Shown here one piece after another: positions 36,584 through 50,574 of a DNA stretch of 64,000 bases. This DNA comes from Octopus sinensis (Eukaryota): positions 5,022,001-5,086,000 of the forward strand of contig NC_043005.1 of NCBI RefSeq assembly GCF_006345805.1, written 5' to 3'. Below the pieces are notes generated by a model. The model made no database searches, was not told the origin of the DNA, and was given only the letters and a program-made list of their open reading frames with translations. The position numbers and the translations under genes were made by a program. The stretch's first letter is position 1. The number at the start of each line of letters is the position of its first letter.

Positions 36584-36640
36584 ATATATCACATAATACA
36601 TATATATATATACATATATATATATATAATATATATATAT

Positions 36641-36692
<52 letters not shown>

Positions 36693-36754
36693 CATATATA
36701 TATATAATATATATATATATACATATATAGATATATATATATATACACATATAG

Positions 36755-36796
<42 letters not shown>

Positions 36797-36923
36797 TATA
36801 TAGCTATCTACATATATATATACATATATAATATATATATATAATATATATATATATTATACATATATATATATAATATATATATATACACATATATATA
36901 TATATATACACATATATAGATAT

Positions 36924-36957
<34 letters not shown>

Positions 36958-37031
36958 AACAATATATATATATATATTACATATATATATATATATATAT
37001 ATATACAATTATATATATATACATATACATA

Positions 37032-37062
<31 letters not shown>

Positions 37063-37159
37063 CTATATATAAGATATATTATTATATATATTATATACTA
37101 TATATATATATATATATTATATATATTATATATATATATATAATATATATATATATTAC

Positions 37160-37192
<33 letters not shown>

Positions 37193-37233
37193 ATATATAC
37201 ATAATTACATATATATTATATATATATTATATC

Positions 37234-37291
<58 letters not shown>

Positions 37292-37823
37292 GATATATAC
37301 ATATATATATATAGATATATATTACATATATATATATATATATATATATACTATATATACAATATATATATATATATATATATACTATATATATATATAT
37401 ATATATATACATATATATATTATATATATATACATATATATAATATATATACATACAATATATATATATATATAATATACATACATATATATATATATAC
37501 CATATATATAATATATACATACATATATATACATATATATATATATATATACATACACATATATATATATATATACACATATATATATAATATATAATAT
37601 ACATATATATACATATATATATATATACATATATATATCATATAATACATATATATATATATATATATACATTACATATATATATATATATACATATATA
37701 CATATATATACATACATATACATATATAATATATACATATACATATATATATATATAATATATATAATTCTATATATAATATATATATATATTATATATC
37801 ATTATATATATATATATACATAC

Positions 37824-37857
<34 letters not shown>

Positions 37858-37881
37858 ATTACATATATATATATATAATAA

Positions 37882-37921
<40 letters not shown>

Positions 37922-38134
37922 TATATACATATATATATATATATACATCTATATATATATATATACATATATATATATAGATATACATATATATATATAT
38001 ATACATATATACATAATACATATATACATATATACATATTATATATACATATATACATATATATATAATATATATACATATCTATATATACATAATATAT
38101 ACATATATACATATATACATATATATATATACAC

Positions 38135-38175
<41 letters not shown>

Positions 38176-38214
38176 TATAATATATATATATAACATATAT
38201 ATATATATATATAT

Positions 38215-38247
<33 letters not shown>

Positions 38248-38338
38248 TATTATTATATATATCATATATATATATATTATATAATATATATATACATATA
38301 TGTAAATATACATATATAGTACATATATACATATATAT

Positions 38339-38370
<32 letters not shown>

Positions 38371-38540
38371 CTATATAATATATATATATATATATATACA
38401 TATATGTACATATATATATATATATACATATATATACATATAGATATACTATACATATATATATATATATATAATATATATATATATCATACAATATAGA
38501 TATATACATAATATTATATATACATATATATATATTATAT

Positions 38541-38586
<46 letters not shown>

Positions 38587-38627
38587 TTATTATATATATA
38601 TATATAATATATATATATACATTATAT

Positions 38628-38723
<96 letters not shown>

Positions 38724-38725
38724 GT
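35506..38725. repeat. ~3.2-kb impure (TA)n array interrupted by one SINE
   Basis: Continuous TA dinucleotides with scattered C/G and phase slips. Confidence 0.95.
36291..36528 (-). mobile_element. Young full-length SINE family 'B' with CR1-type tail and poly(A)
   Basis: Box A TGGCCCAGTGG and box B GGTTTCGATTCCC, CpGs retained. Tail AAGGCGGTGCTCCAGCATGGCCGCAGTCAAATGACCGAAACAAGTAC plus about 22 A. Confidence 0.9.
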
Positions 38726-39874
38726 AAGCCTGTTGGATAGATTGTATTTGTTGTGTTTCAAAAGGCACAGAGCTATCACACATACTGGCAACATTGATTC
38801 TGCCAGAAAATTATGTTAAGGGCATGCGTGTGTCTGAGGAATACCCAGCCACTTATATGTTAATGCAGTTTGTCAAACAACTGAATTGTCATTGTTGAAC
38901 AGTGAGGATCTACTACTATCAGAACCACTATCATCAATGCCACCACCATCACCACCAACTCTAGAAATCAACATGATGATTCATTGCTGCTGCCACCACT
39001 ACCGTCATCACTGCCACCTCCACATTCATCACTGCCGCCATTACCACCACCATCACAATGACAATCACCATCACTCCAGTTGATTCAGTTCCATCTTTCC
39101 CTCTCCTGCCAGTCACCTTTATGGCATCTCACCTCCCTGACCCTGCACAAAGCATTTCACCCTGCAAACAATCCTCTGGAATTCTAGATCTGGTGAGGTG
39201 ACCCTGTACCCACGCATTTCCTGCAAACAATATCCCACAGATGTTTAAAGACAAACCTCAACTGCATTACCCTTATTACTCTTGGAGGGGCCTACAAAGG
39301 TCAGGAATATTATCCTTACCATTATTCTTCTCCTGACTAACTTAGAAAATTACACTCTACAGCTGTCTTTTAGAAATAATCTCAGCCTTGTGCTTAGTTT
39401 CAGAGAAATCGATACTTGGGTTTATCCACATATTTGCAATATTTACCAGTTCATGTTGAAGGGTTACATGCGATCTTATTACTATTGATATGGGTTTGGG
39501 TTTACTCTCGAGAGTGATTTAAAACATACAACATAATAATAATAATAATAATAGTAATTGTAGTTGTAGTAATGATGATGATGATTTTTATTTGCCACCA
39601 AGGCGATGGATGAGGGGGATAATACAAAGACAGACATAAAGTGTTGGGGATTAATATAGAATCGAATGACTTTCAAAAAAAAAGAAATAAAATGTGAGAA
39701 TGGGTGTGTGGTTAAGAAGTTTGCATTGCAGCCAAGTGATTTTAGGTTCTGTCCCACTGCTTGGCACTTTGGGCAAATGTTTTCTTATACAGTCCTGGGT
39801 CAACTAATATTTTGTGAATGAATTTGGTAGACCGAACTGAGTGGAACCCTGTCATATGTGTGTATATATATATA

Positions 39875-40688
39875 AAGTGTATGATAAATTTATAGAATGA
39901 AGTTCTACAAATCCAATGATATTTGTCAAAAATGGAGGAGATAAGATGTTAAAAAGTTATAAGAAGTTTATTCATGTATACAATCATTTCATGCCATCAT
40001 AATCATCATCATTGTTTAACGTCCGTTTTCCATGCTGGCATGGGTTGGACAGTTTGACTGAGGTCTGGAGAGCCAGCGGCTGCACCAGGCTCAAATCTGA
40101 TCTGACAATGTTTCTACAGCTGGATGCTCTTCCTCATGCTAACTATTCCAAGAGTGTAGTAGGCAGTTTTTACGTGCCACCGGCACAGGAGGCAGTCAGG
40201 TGGGCCTGGCATCAATCACATTCAGATAGTGCTTTTTACATGTCACCGGCATGGGAGCCAGTTGAGGCACTGGCATCGACCATGTTCAGATGGTGCTTTT
40301 TACGCATCACTGGCATGGGAGCCAGTCAGGCATTGCCTCTGTGAGGTCCAACATTTGAAGGTCATGCTTCACCACCTCATCTCCTGTCTTCCACAATTTG
40401 TGGTTCAATAATTGATATGACTCCCATCACTATCACACTTAGATAGGAACAGATAAACATGAAACTCATAGATCCAACTTCCCTGCTCTTTTTTAAAGTT
40501 CCTAATATTTTATCTCTGCACTGATGAATACTATGATATTTGCAAATTCTAAAATGATTTATATCTATGTATGAAATGATTGTATGCATGAATAAACTTC
40601 TTATCACTTTTTAACATCTTATCTCCTCCATTTTTCACAAATATCATTGGATTTGTAGAACTTCTTTCCATAAATTAATCATACACTT
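39875..40688. repeat. 118-bp inverted repeat arms enclosing an RTE 3' fragment
   Basis: 39875-39992 is the reverse complement of 40571-40688 with a handful of mismatches. RTE tail on the minus strand at ~39995-40395 lies inside. Confidence 0.88.
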
Positions 40689-40838
40689 AATATACTAATA
40701 CTTCTTTTCATATCTTCACCAATTTACACCAGTAAACTCTCAGCAAAGTATGAAGAAACAACGTTAGAAATCTTTTTGGAAACCACTCCAATTAAAGGAT
40801 GAATCCACATTCAACCTTTTACGTACGTATATATGTGC

Positions 40839-40880
<42 letters not shown>

Positions 40881-40935
40881 GTGTATGTATATTTGTATAA
40901 GTATATATATATGAATATATGTTATAATATCCTAA

Positions 40936-40970
<35 letters not shown>

Positions 40971-40974
<4 letters not shown>

Positions 40975-41799
40975 TCCGTTGGATGTGTAATGTCAGTGTT
41001 CATACCAGACAGAGTGTAAGTGCCTTGAGAGAAAAGTTGGACCTAAGAAGCATCAGATGTGGTGTGCAAGAGAGGCGTCTACGCTGGTATGGACACGTAG
41101 TAAGAATGGATGAAGATAGTTGTGTGAAAAAGTGCCACACCCTGGCGGTTGAGGGAACCTGTGGAAGAGGCAGACCCAGGAAAACCTGGGACGAGGTGGT
41201 GAAGAACGACCTTTGCTCTTTAGGTCTCACCGAGGAAATGACCAGAGACCGAGGCCTTTGGAAGTATGCTGTGCGCGAGAAGACCCAGCTGGACAAGTGA
41301 GGCCATAACCCTTGGCCCCTACCTTGGACGTAGTCAGTCCACCTATGCATACCTTCCTTCTTGGGACACATAACTCTAACTTGTGAAGACCTGTTGAGGC
41401 AAGTGAAAATGGACAAAATGGACAAAATCAAAAGCAAACTCGATGAACATTAATGGAATTTGTAGTTTTGTGGTACCAGTGCCGGTGGCACATACGAAAA
41501 CCTTCCGAACGTGGCCGTAGCCAGTACCGCTTTGACTGGCCTCCGTGCTGGTGGCATGTAACAAACACCATCCGATCGTGGGCGTTCGCCAGCCTCGTCT
41601 GGCACCTGTGTCGGTGGCACATAAAATCACCCACTACACTCTCGGAGTGGTTGGCGTTAGGAAGGGCATCCAGCTGTAGAAACACTGCCAGATCTGACTG
41701 GCCTGGTGCAGCCTTTGGGCTTCCCAGACCCCAGTTGAACCGTCCAACCCATGCTAGCATGGAAAGCGGACGTTAAACGATGTTGATGATGATGATGAT
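40971..41799 (+). mobile_element. 5'-truncated RTE LINE: RT C-terminus plus complete 3' UTR
   Basis: MLRWMCNVSV...LRWYGHVVRMDEDSCVKKCHTLAVEGTCGRGRPRKTWDEVV...DRGLWK (stop at 41298-41300), followed by the shared UTR and (GAT)n. Flanked by (TA)n. Confidence 0.95.
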
Positions 41800-41854
41800 A
41801 TATATATATATATACACACTCTCACATATATATGTATGTATATATGTACATACA

Positions 41855-41900
<46 letters not shown>

Positions 41901-42852
41901 GTAAATGTAATATGTGACAATTATTTGGTAGCCATGATAAAACTCTGAGTTTCGGATGCCGGGGTGGAAATCCATGCTGCCATCTCTTAATTTATCCGGC
42001 CATCGGAAAAAATGCTATGAAAATGACTGTTAAAGGGAAATTACTGTGTGATTGACTGTTATTAAGACAAAAGAGCTAAGTGAGGGGAGGGAGTAAAAGT
42101 AAAGGGGTAAAAAGGTTCATAGTATTTGCATGAGTGCGCATGTCCATACCTACACATGTGCACCAGCACACCCACGTACATGCGCCTAAAAGTATACCCT
42201 CATCCATCCTCACTTGAAACATACACATTCTCACCTGCACCATTCGCCAAATATATATATAACCCCCCCCCCCCACGCATCAAAAAGGCTCATACACACG
42301 TCTATATACGCACAAGCACAAGAAAAAACAGGGCTAAGGGTAACAATTCAGAAAAAAGGTGTAAGGGAGTATAAGAGTAAAGCACGTCCATATACGCACA
42401 TACCCGTATGCACGCACACACACGTCTATAACATGCATACCCGCACACGTCTATATACGCACACACGTGCACTAAAAGAGTTCATAAACACATCTATATG
42501 CACACATACACAAGAACAAACAGGGCTAAAGGCAAAAATACAGTAAAATGTGTAAAAAAAACAATGAGTAAAACACGTCAATATACGCACATACTCACAT
42601 ACCCGCACACATCCACACGCGCAAAAAGGATTCCATATACACGTCTATATACGCACAGGGAAAATGCAGAGTGGAAGGTAGAATACAGAAAAATTTTGTG
42701 TAAAAAATATATAAGCAATAAACCTATAAACAAATATCTCTATAAATATGTAAAAAAATATATGTATAAAAAAAATATATATATAAAAATATAAGTAAAA
42801 AAATATAAAGAGATAAAAAGCTTGTACGTGGACACAATATAGAAAGCAAGTT

Positions 42853-43988
42853 CTATCTGTAATCTTGGGGAGACCAAAAACGTAAATATTTAGCCACTTG
42901 TGGGCATGATCGGAAAAGTTTAGTTTTTGAATTCAGACATGTAGCGGGGTCTAAGCTGCTTTTCCAGATGAGCCATCTTTCCATATCACATAGACCGCAC
43001 TTTCCACTGCCGTTGGTGCAGGGCTTACACTTAGCTAAAATTTTCCAATGGATGTTGTAACTGACACCTTTATCTTTTAAGGACCATATATGACTGGATA
43101 ATTTGGTTGTTTTCCTTTTATCCCAGTGCCTGAAGCTCAAGGTATCATTATTGAACCCGGCTTTGAAATTACCCTCTGTAAGGCCCATGTATTTCTTTGT
43201 CGAAACCGTGTCCTTAGTGGATATAGAGTCTATGGTGGCTTCATAAATGATGGTCTCAGACATGCAAGCTCCATTTGGCGGGCACAAATTTTTATCCCTG
43301 CATGGACAGCTGGTTTCGTATTTTTGTGTGTTGTGTGCGATTATATTTTTAAAATTGGTAGTTGAGCCAAAACTGATTTTTAAGTTATGTCTATTGAAGA
43401 GCTTTCTGTAAGTATGGTTGCCAGGAAAATGTCTATCTATCAGTGCTAAGAAATATTTGCCTATATTGAAGGTCACTTCGGGTGAGTAGGGGGTGTGAGC
43501 CAGATAGTTTTCCTATTCCTATGTTTCTTCTTCTATATTATTGGACTTGTGGCAGGTGTATAGGTTATTTCCTCGCTAAAACCGCTATCTTTTAGAGCCT
43601 TATTATATACTGGGGCAATGTTATTAAAAATGTCCCTGTCGGAGGAGAGGCTAGAAATTCTTTTCCTAATGTTTTTAACTAAATTTTTAAACACTATAGG
43701 GGGATGGCAGGAACCCACATTAATATAACTAAGTCTATCATTGGGCTTCCTATAACGCTTATAAATGTTCTTATTTAGATCTAAGGATGCATGACGTATG
43801 CTTCGCCATTTACAAAGATGATGCCCTTGCTTTAACCGCAAATACCAATGGACCAGCACAGGATCAGTTTAGGAAGGACATTATCCATTTGATGAAAATC
43901 TTTGGACTTAGTATAACTCCAGACACCAACCTGATGGTTTTCAATTTCCTAGATCTATCCTTAGATCTAAATAATAAGAACATTTATG
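42853..43988 (-). mobile_element. Penelope-like element 3' part (RT thumb plus GIY-YIG) with inverted 5' segment
   Basis: Minus 43788-42853: LDLNKNIYKRYRKPND...HPP, CPCRDKNLCP...IIYEA...YMGLTEGNFK...LSSHIWSLK. Plus 43790-43988: IYKDDAL...FNFLDLSLDL (RT palm) in the opposite orientation. Confidence 0.9.
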
Positions 43989-43989
43989 C

Positions 43990-44068
43990 TGATGACCTCA
44001 TGTCTTTCCAAATGATACTGGAAACGAAATAGAAAAAAAAAGTATATAGTGACTTTTAGGACACCCTG
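43990..44068. mobile_element. Solo Tc1/mariner-type terminal fragment
   Basis: Ends ...GTGACTTTTAGGACACCCTG|TA (reverse complement CAGGGTGTCCTAAAAGTC). No partner TIR was found. Confidence 0.5.
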
Positions 44069-44071
44069 TAT

Positions 44072-44111
<40 letters not shown>

Positions 44112-44159
44112 CTATGTATATATACAGGTGTGTGTGTGTGCGAGTATATATAAATAGAT

Positions 44160-45095
44160 AGAACTCTTGAACTAGTTTAGGATGAATTGCGACCATGCTG
44201 GGGCATTTGATGAATGAAGGAATTTGATGCTGCTGCCCTCGTCTGTAGTTCCTGCCGAGAGATAGGTTCATTCAGAATTCTTGACAGGAGGAGATCCAGT
44301 TTTGTTTTGAAGACCTCAACATCCCCACCATGCAGGTCTCTCAGGCTTTTTGGAAGGATATTGGAGAACTGTGAGCCCTTGAAACCCAAGCTGCTGCAGT
44401 ATCTGGACCTGTATCTTGATGACAATGCTGGGATCTTTGGCATTATGCAGTGGCACCTGATTCTGCCGTTTCTGTAACTTTAAATGCCAAAGTTTGGTAC
44501 AGGTCCTTCTAGGATTTTCCAGATGTATATCATTGCATATCTTTCCCGCCTTTGTTCTAGATTGCAGTCTTAACTTTTTCAGCTTTTCTCAGTAGCTGAC
44601 ACATTGAATTGAGATGATCTTCTTTGTGTAGCTTTGCTGGATTGCATTGAGTTCTGCTGTAAATTTTATACTGTGTGTTGAGCATGGTTGGGAGCAGCAG
44701 TAGTCTAAGCAGCTGTGGACATATATCCTCCAGAGGGCCATCATGGTTTCCTGTTCTGAAAGTTTGGATGATCCACCTGTCCAGCTGTCTGCATTTTCTT
44801 TGCCAACTTAGTAATATGCACCTAGAAAGATGTATCATTACTCATGTCAATACCCAGGTTATTCACTGATTTTGATTCAGGGATTGCAATCTTTCTTGGG
44901 CCAGTGTATCATGTACGCATTTCATTCAGCTTTGTGTGCTGGTACCACAGGGCTTAGAATTTTCCAGCATTAAACTGCATGCTATTGTCCGCAGCCCACC
45001 TGTATATTGCTTCCAACTCCCATTGCAGGTGCACAATATTACCAGGGTTTTGTATCCTCTGAGAGACTTTTGTATCATCTGCATAGCTAGCAAGG
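44160..45095 (-). mobile_element. Decayed CR1-like LINE 3' portion (paralog of 53943-55777)
   Basis: ASYADDTKVSQ...NSMQFNA..., with the 3' part homologous to 55118-55750. Confidence 0.9.
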
Positions 45096-46368
45096 GTGGC
45101 TATCTGAGCAATTGCTGCCAATGTTCATCTGGTACATATTTATCAACCTTGGTGGAATTTGAACTCAGAACATAAAGATGGACGAAATGCTACTAAGCAT
45201 TTTGTCTGGCATGCTAATGGTTCTGCTAGCTTACTGCCTTAAACAACAATGACAACAACAATAATACTAATAAACAAAAAGAAAAAACCAAAAACACAAC
45301 AACAAATGGAAGAAGGAAAAATGATGAAAAAAATCGTAAAGAAAATGGAAAACACAGAAAAATAAAGAAATGTAGATATTTTAATAAAGCTCAAATTTGT
45401 TGAGGGCCGACGTACATATAAGATGAAACAGAGTCGTTAAGTCTTCATGGAATAAATCACAAGACAATTGACTCGGAGAAATGGAATGAGGAGTTGCTTG
45501 TTTGCCTCCTTTACTGGTGAGGTTGAAGGGTAAAGCCAGAAAACTTAAACGTCTTTTCTTTCTCCCATTTGGAAGTGTAAAATATCAAATTCTATTATGT
45601 TAAACATTCCACCAGGAATTATGGCAGTTTCAAATTTCAGGAACAGCAATTCTCTTTTTGTTGTTTTGATTTCAATGTTGATAGGTTCAGTACCTCTCCC
45701 TCCCTCCCCCCCTTTTCCCCTCCCTTTCTCTTTGGTTTTATAAGCATATGCCATGAAATAGCGAATAAACTGCTTATTTCTTCTTCTTTCCTCCTCATTC
45801 TTTCCTTTTTTATAATTTTTCTTTTTTGGGGATTTTCACCCAAATCTTTCGTCATTTACACATATATGTGTATATATGTGTGTGTGTGTACATGTATATA
45901 TACCTGTATGTATAATGTACATACACACATACATACATTTACGCACATATACATAATTGTGGCAAACCTTCCAACTGTTATCAATTGCACAATAGGTATT
46001 CACACATCATGTGATCACAAAAATAACTTCTCCCCCCTGTCAAGGTCGTCACCATAATGGAGATTTTCTGGATTGCAATAGCTTTTAGGGGTTGGGGAAG
46101 TGACGCGCCCCTCCCCTAGGGGCTATTGTTTAGTCGGAAATGTAGAATTTCCTTGAAGAAAAATATACGAATGTGTGTATGTGTTAATTGGTATATATGT
46201 ATGTGTGTTTGTATGTATGTGTGTGTATGTGTATATGTATGCATGCATGTATGTATATGTGTGTATCTATGTGTATATGTATTTATGTGTATGTATGCAC
46301 ATGTTTGTGAATATGTGTAAATATATATATATGTATATATATATGTGTGTGTGTATATATATATATAT

Positions 46369-46675
46369 ATCATCATCATCGTTTAGCGTCCGCTTTCCCT
46401 GCTAGCATGGGTTGGACGGTTCAACTGGGGTCTGTGAAGCCGGAAGGCTGCATCAGGCCCAGTCTGATCTGGCAGTGTTTCTACGGCTGGATGCCCTTCC
46501 TAACGCCAACCACTCCGCGAGTGTAGTGGGTGCTTTTTACGTGCCACTCGCACAGGTGCCAGACGGAGCTGGCAAACGGCCACGAACGGATGGTGCTTTT
46601 ACGTGCCACCGGCACGGGGGCCAGGCAAGGCTGGCAATGGACACGAACGGATGGTGCTTTTACGTGCCACCAGCA
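46369..46675 (-). mobile_element. RTE LINE 3' UTR fragment
   Basis: Shared tail plus 3 internal units, next to (TA)n. Confidence 0.88.
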
Positions 46676-47159
46676 GTTAGATTTGTATAGATCTCTAATC
46701 TTTTTTCAACTATATATATATATATATAATACTCACACACACACATAAATACACATATAATTATATACATATATAATGACATATACAGTATACACATATA
46801 ATTACTTATGTGTGTACATGCACACGCACACACATACACACACACACATGTAAGTACCTGTATGAATGCATGTGCATTTATGTGCCTACATGCATTGTGT
46901 CAGTTGAACTGTATGAAGTGATGGGAGAGGGTACCAATGGTAGTCAACAGCAACTAACTCAAAAGGGGGCTCAGTGAACTTCTAATGCCCTACACTCAAT
47001 TTACAATCACACACACGGTTTTCAGGTTGTTTTGTCTATGGCATAAGGGAGTGTATGGTACTAACTAGCCCCCTTAGCCACTTGTGATTATAAGCTCAGG
47101 AGAATGATGAAAGCCACAACAAAGCAGGATGGAATCAGATATATGTATTTATGTATGTG

Positions 47160-48445
47160 TGTGTGTCTTTGCAGTTGTCCCCAAGCCTTGATGATAGCTG
47201 TTAATTTGTGTAAGTTCCAGTAACTTAGTGGTTTGAAAATTAAAGACTGATAGAACAAGTCCCAAACAGCGAGTACTGGGGGGGGGGGGGCTGCGATTTG
47301 TTCAGTTCTGAACCCTGTCAAGACAGAGCTTCAGTATGGCTGTAGTTTGATGACTGAAAGAAGAATAAATGGAAATTAAACGTCTCACCTTCTACGAAAT
47401 TCTTTTCTGCTCTAGGCATAAGGCCTGAAATTTTGGTGGAGAGGAGGCTAGTCGATTAGATCAACCCCAGTACGCAACTGGTACTTAATTTATCAACCCT
47501 GAAAGGATGAAAGGCAAAGTCAACCTCGGCAGAATTTGAGCTCAGAACATAAAGACAGATGAAATGCCGCTGATATTCCACTCAAGAGCTGTCATGTAGA
47601 CACCCTGCATGGCTGTGTGGTAAGAAGTTTGCTTCTCAAACACACGGTCTCTTGTTCAGTCCCACTCTGTGACTCCTTATGCAAGAGTTTTCTGTCAAAG
47701 CCCTGAGCCAACCCAAAGCCTTGTGAGTGGATTTGGTAGATAGAAACTGAAAGAAGCCTGTCACATATATAAATATATATACATACATATTACATTCTTT
47801 TATTCTTTTACTTGTTTCAGCCATTTGACTGCAGCCATGCTGGAGCACCACCTTTGTAAGCCTGGTACTTATTCTATCGGTCTCTTTTTCCAAACTGGTA
47901 AGTTACAGGGACGTAAACACACCAACATCAGTTGTCAATCAATAGAGGAAAGACAAACACAGACACAAAGACACACACACACACGCACACTCATACACAC
48001 ACACGCATACTCATATATATGATGGGCTTTTTTCAGTTTCCGTCTACGAAATCCACTCACAAGGCATTGGTCGGCCTGAGGCTGTAGTAGAAAACATTTG
48101 TCCAAGGGGCCACGTAGTGGGACTGAACCTGGAACCATGTGGTTGGGAAGCAAGCTTCTTACTACACAGCCACATCATCATCATCATTGTTTAACGTTCA
48201 TCTTCCATGCGTACACGAGTTGGATGGTTCACAGGAGCTACCCTATGCTGCTCTGTTTTGTTAGGGTTTTGATGGCTGGATGTCCTTCCTAACACCAACT
48301 GCTCTGCAGAGTGGACTCAGAGCTTTTTACATAGCACTAGCACAGGCGAGGTTAGATTTGGCATGATTTTTACAGCTGGATGCCCTTCCAAATGCCAACT
48401 ACTTAACAATGTGAACTGGATGCTTTTTACATGGCACCAAGTGAC
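47160..48445. mobile_element. SINE/LINE cluster: SINE 'C' pieces (+ and -), SINE 'A' (-, 47388-47580), old RTE tail (-, 48173-48445)
   Basis: Family-diagnostic motifs as in other in-window copies. Confidence 0.75.
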
Positions 48446-48526
48446 TTGCAAGACAAGGAATTATGAGAGGGGCAGGGGCATTTGAGGAGGGGAACACATG
48501 TCAAAGTATATGTGTGTCTATATATA

Positions 48527-49352
48527 CTAGCAAATCTACCCGTCTATGATGGAGGCATAAAATGAGGGAGGTAAGTCATAACAGCAATATGTATTGAGAA
48601 ATGTGTAAATGGATTTGATAGATTACTGGGAAATCAGATTATTGTTGGTGATACAGTCATTTTATTGCAGCTATATGATGTGTTTGTGACTAAGTGATAT
48701 GTGATGATGATTCACTCCCGAACTGAAATAGGCTCCCAGCCCCTGTATCATGAATGGTTATGTGGACCACTCCTAACGAAAGCCAGACCTTCCTTTGACC
48801 ACTACATAAAAGGTATTAAGGAAACATCGATAATATTGATATGATTACAAAACGTCTTTGTAGATGATATTTTCAGTTTGGTCGACACTAATTTTCAAAT
48901 TACTGGAATCTGTTGCTCTGCTCATAGTGACATATAACTGGCCATGTGTAAACATCAGAGTGGGTAAGAATACACCTACACAATCTAAAGTCTGGCCCTG
49001 TGCCTTGCTTGCTGTGAATGTATGAGCAGAATCATGAGGAATCTGCTCATCTATAATGGGAAATAAAGGGATAGCATTGCAAACTAAACCTCTAAAGCTA
49101 CAGACTATACGGTGTGGAAATTCAGAATTAATCCTCATCGCCGGAATTTTAACCAAAAAAATCAAAGGTGATTATTAATACAAAACTCAATAATATCCAC
49201 TAAATAATCATACTTTTTCACATTTTTTTTGCTAAAAACCTTCCTGATTACCTCCTTTGTCATCTCAAAAAACATTGTGACCATTGGTCCAGCCGTTTGA
49301 CTGTGAAGAGGGAACAGACAGACAGGCAGATATAATGCCCATTATAGTAAGA
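48527..49352 (-). mobile_element. Internally deleted Helitron carrying Pif1 helicase C-terminal motifs
   Basis: A|TC at 49352 and CTAG|T at 48527. 48845-49165 encodes TASKAQGQTLDCVGVFLP..FTHGQLYVTMSR (SF1 helicase motifs V-VI). Confidence 0.9.
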
Positions 49353-49574
49353 TGTGTATATAAATGTGTGTGTGACTTTGTTGCTCCACTGCTTAACAAC
49401 AGGTGCTGGTGAGTTCAAGTCTCTTTAACTTAACAGTTCAGCAAAAGACTGATAGAATAAACACCAGCCTTTAAAAAATAAATACTGGGGCTCATTTGCT
49501 CAATTAAACCCTTTCAAGGTGGTGCCCCATCATAGCCACAATCCTATGATTGAAACAAGTAAAAGATAAATATA

Positions 49575-50139
49575 TTGGGTTGTCTGGAAAGTTCGTGCCG
49601 ATTTTTAAAGGAAAGAAAAAGGTCAATAAATACTTGCCATTACATTTTTAATCAACCAAATATGAACCATTTTGTTGCACAATGCATCTCCATCTTTCCT
49701 TTAACTTGAAAATACCCTCTTCCCAGAATTGAGTTGGTTTCATGGCAATAATTTATCAAGGTATCTTTTTACGTCATCCAAGGAATTGAAATTTTTACCA
49801 TTAAGACTATTCTGCAGAGACCTGAATAAGTGGAAATCCTAAGGAGCAATATCTGGTGAATATGGAGGGTGGGGTAACACATCCCAGCCGTGCTGCAGCA
49901 ATTTGTGTCTGGTTCCCAAAGCATCAAGTGCCGAAAATGAACTGTCTTATCTTCCATTTTAAAGGGTTACAGAATTAACACAGGTTAAAGGAACATAAAC
50001 CTTCTTCCATGAAAAGATAGCTTAAACTGTGCTCTAAATGGAGGTGTAGTCAAATCCCATTTTATGGACTCAACCATGTTCTAAAATAAGTCGAAAGGTA
50101 AGCTACTATAAATCGGCATGAACTTTCCGGACAACCCAA
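49575..50139 (-). mobile_element. 565-bp non-autonomous mariner with intact TIRs
   Basis: TIRs TTGGGTTGTC(T/C)GGAAAGTTC(G/A)TGCCGATTT (2 mismatches), TA TSD. MEDKTVHFRHLML is fused to ...WDVLPHPPYSPDIAP*DFHLFRSLQNSL. Confidence 0.92.
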
Positions 50140-50574
50140 TATCATCATATATTACCATATCCTATTAAATGCTGTCAAAATATATCATACTTAATAGTAT
50201 GTGTGATTATAGTATATGATTGCAAACCTTACACATGACACGGCAGATACAATCAAAAGAAATGAGTAAAGACAAGAAAACAAACAGTAACACGTGCACT
50301 CATGTAAAACTAAATAATATGGTGCACAAATTTGCATGCAGCATACAGCATTAGCAAAAACAATTTAATGGTGACTCTTGTATGTGTTCCAGCAAATAGT
50401 TTCTGATGTGTCTGCAGTTTGCAGAAAAATACACACACACACACACACTCATTGGATACAGTAATAAATTTGATAGGAAATTTATTACTCCCTTTTAGTG
50501 TAAGCTTATGTTTAGTGAACCCAAACACGTAGACAGACATAAATTTAGATTATCACATTCTTTCTTGACAAGTA

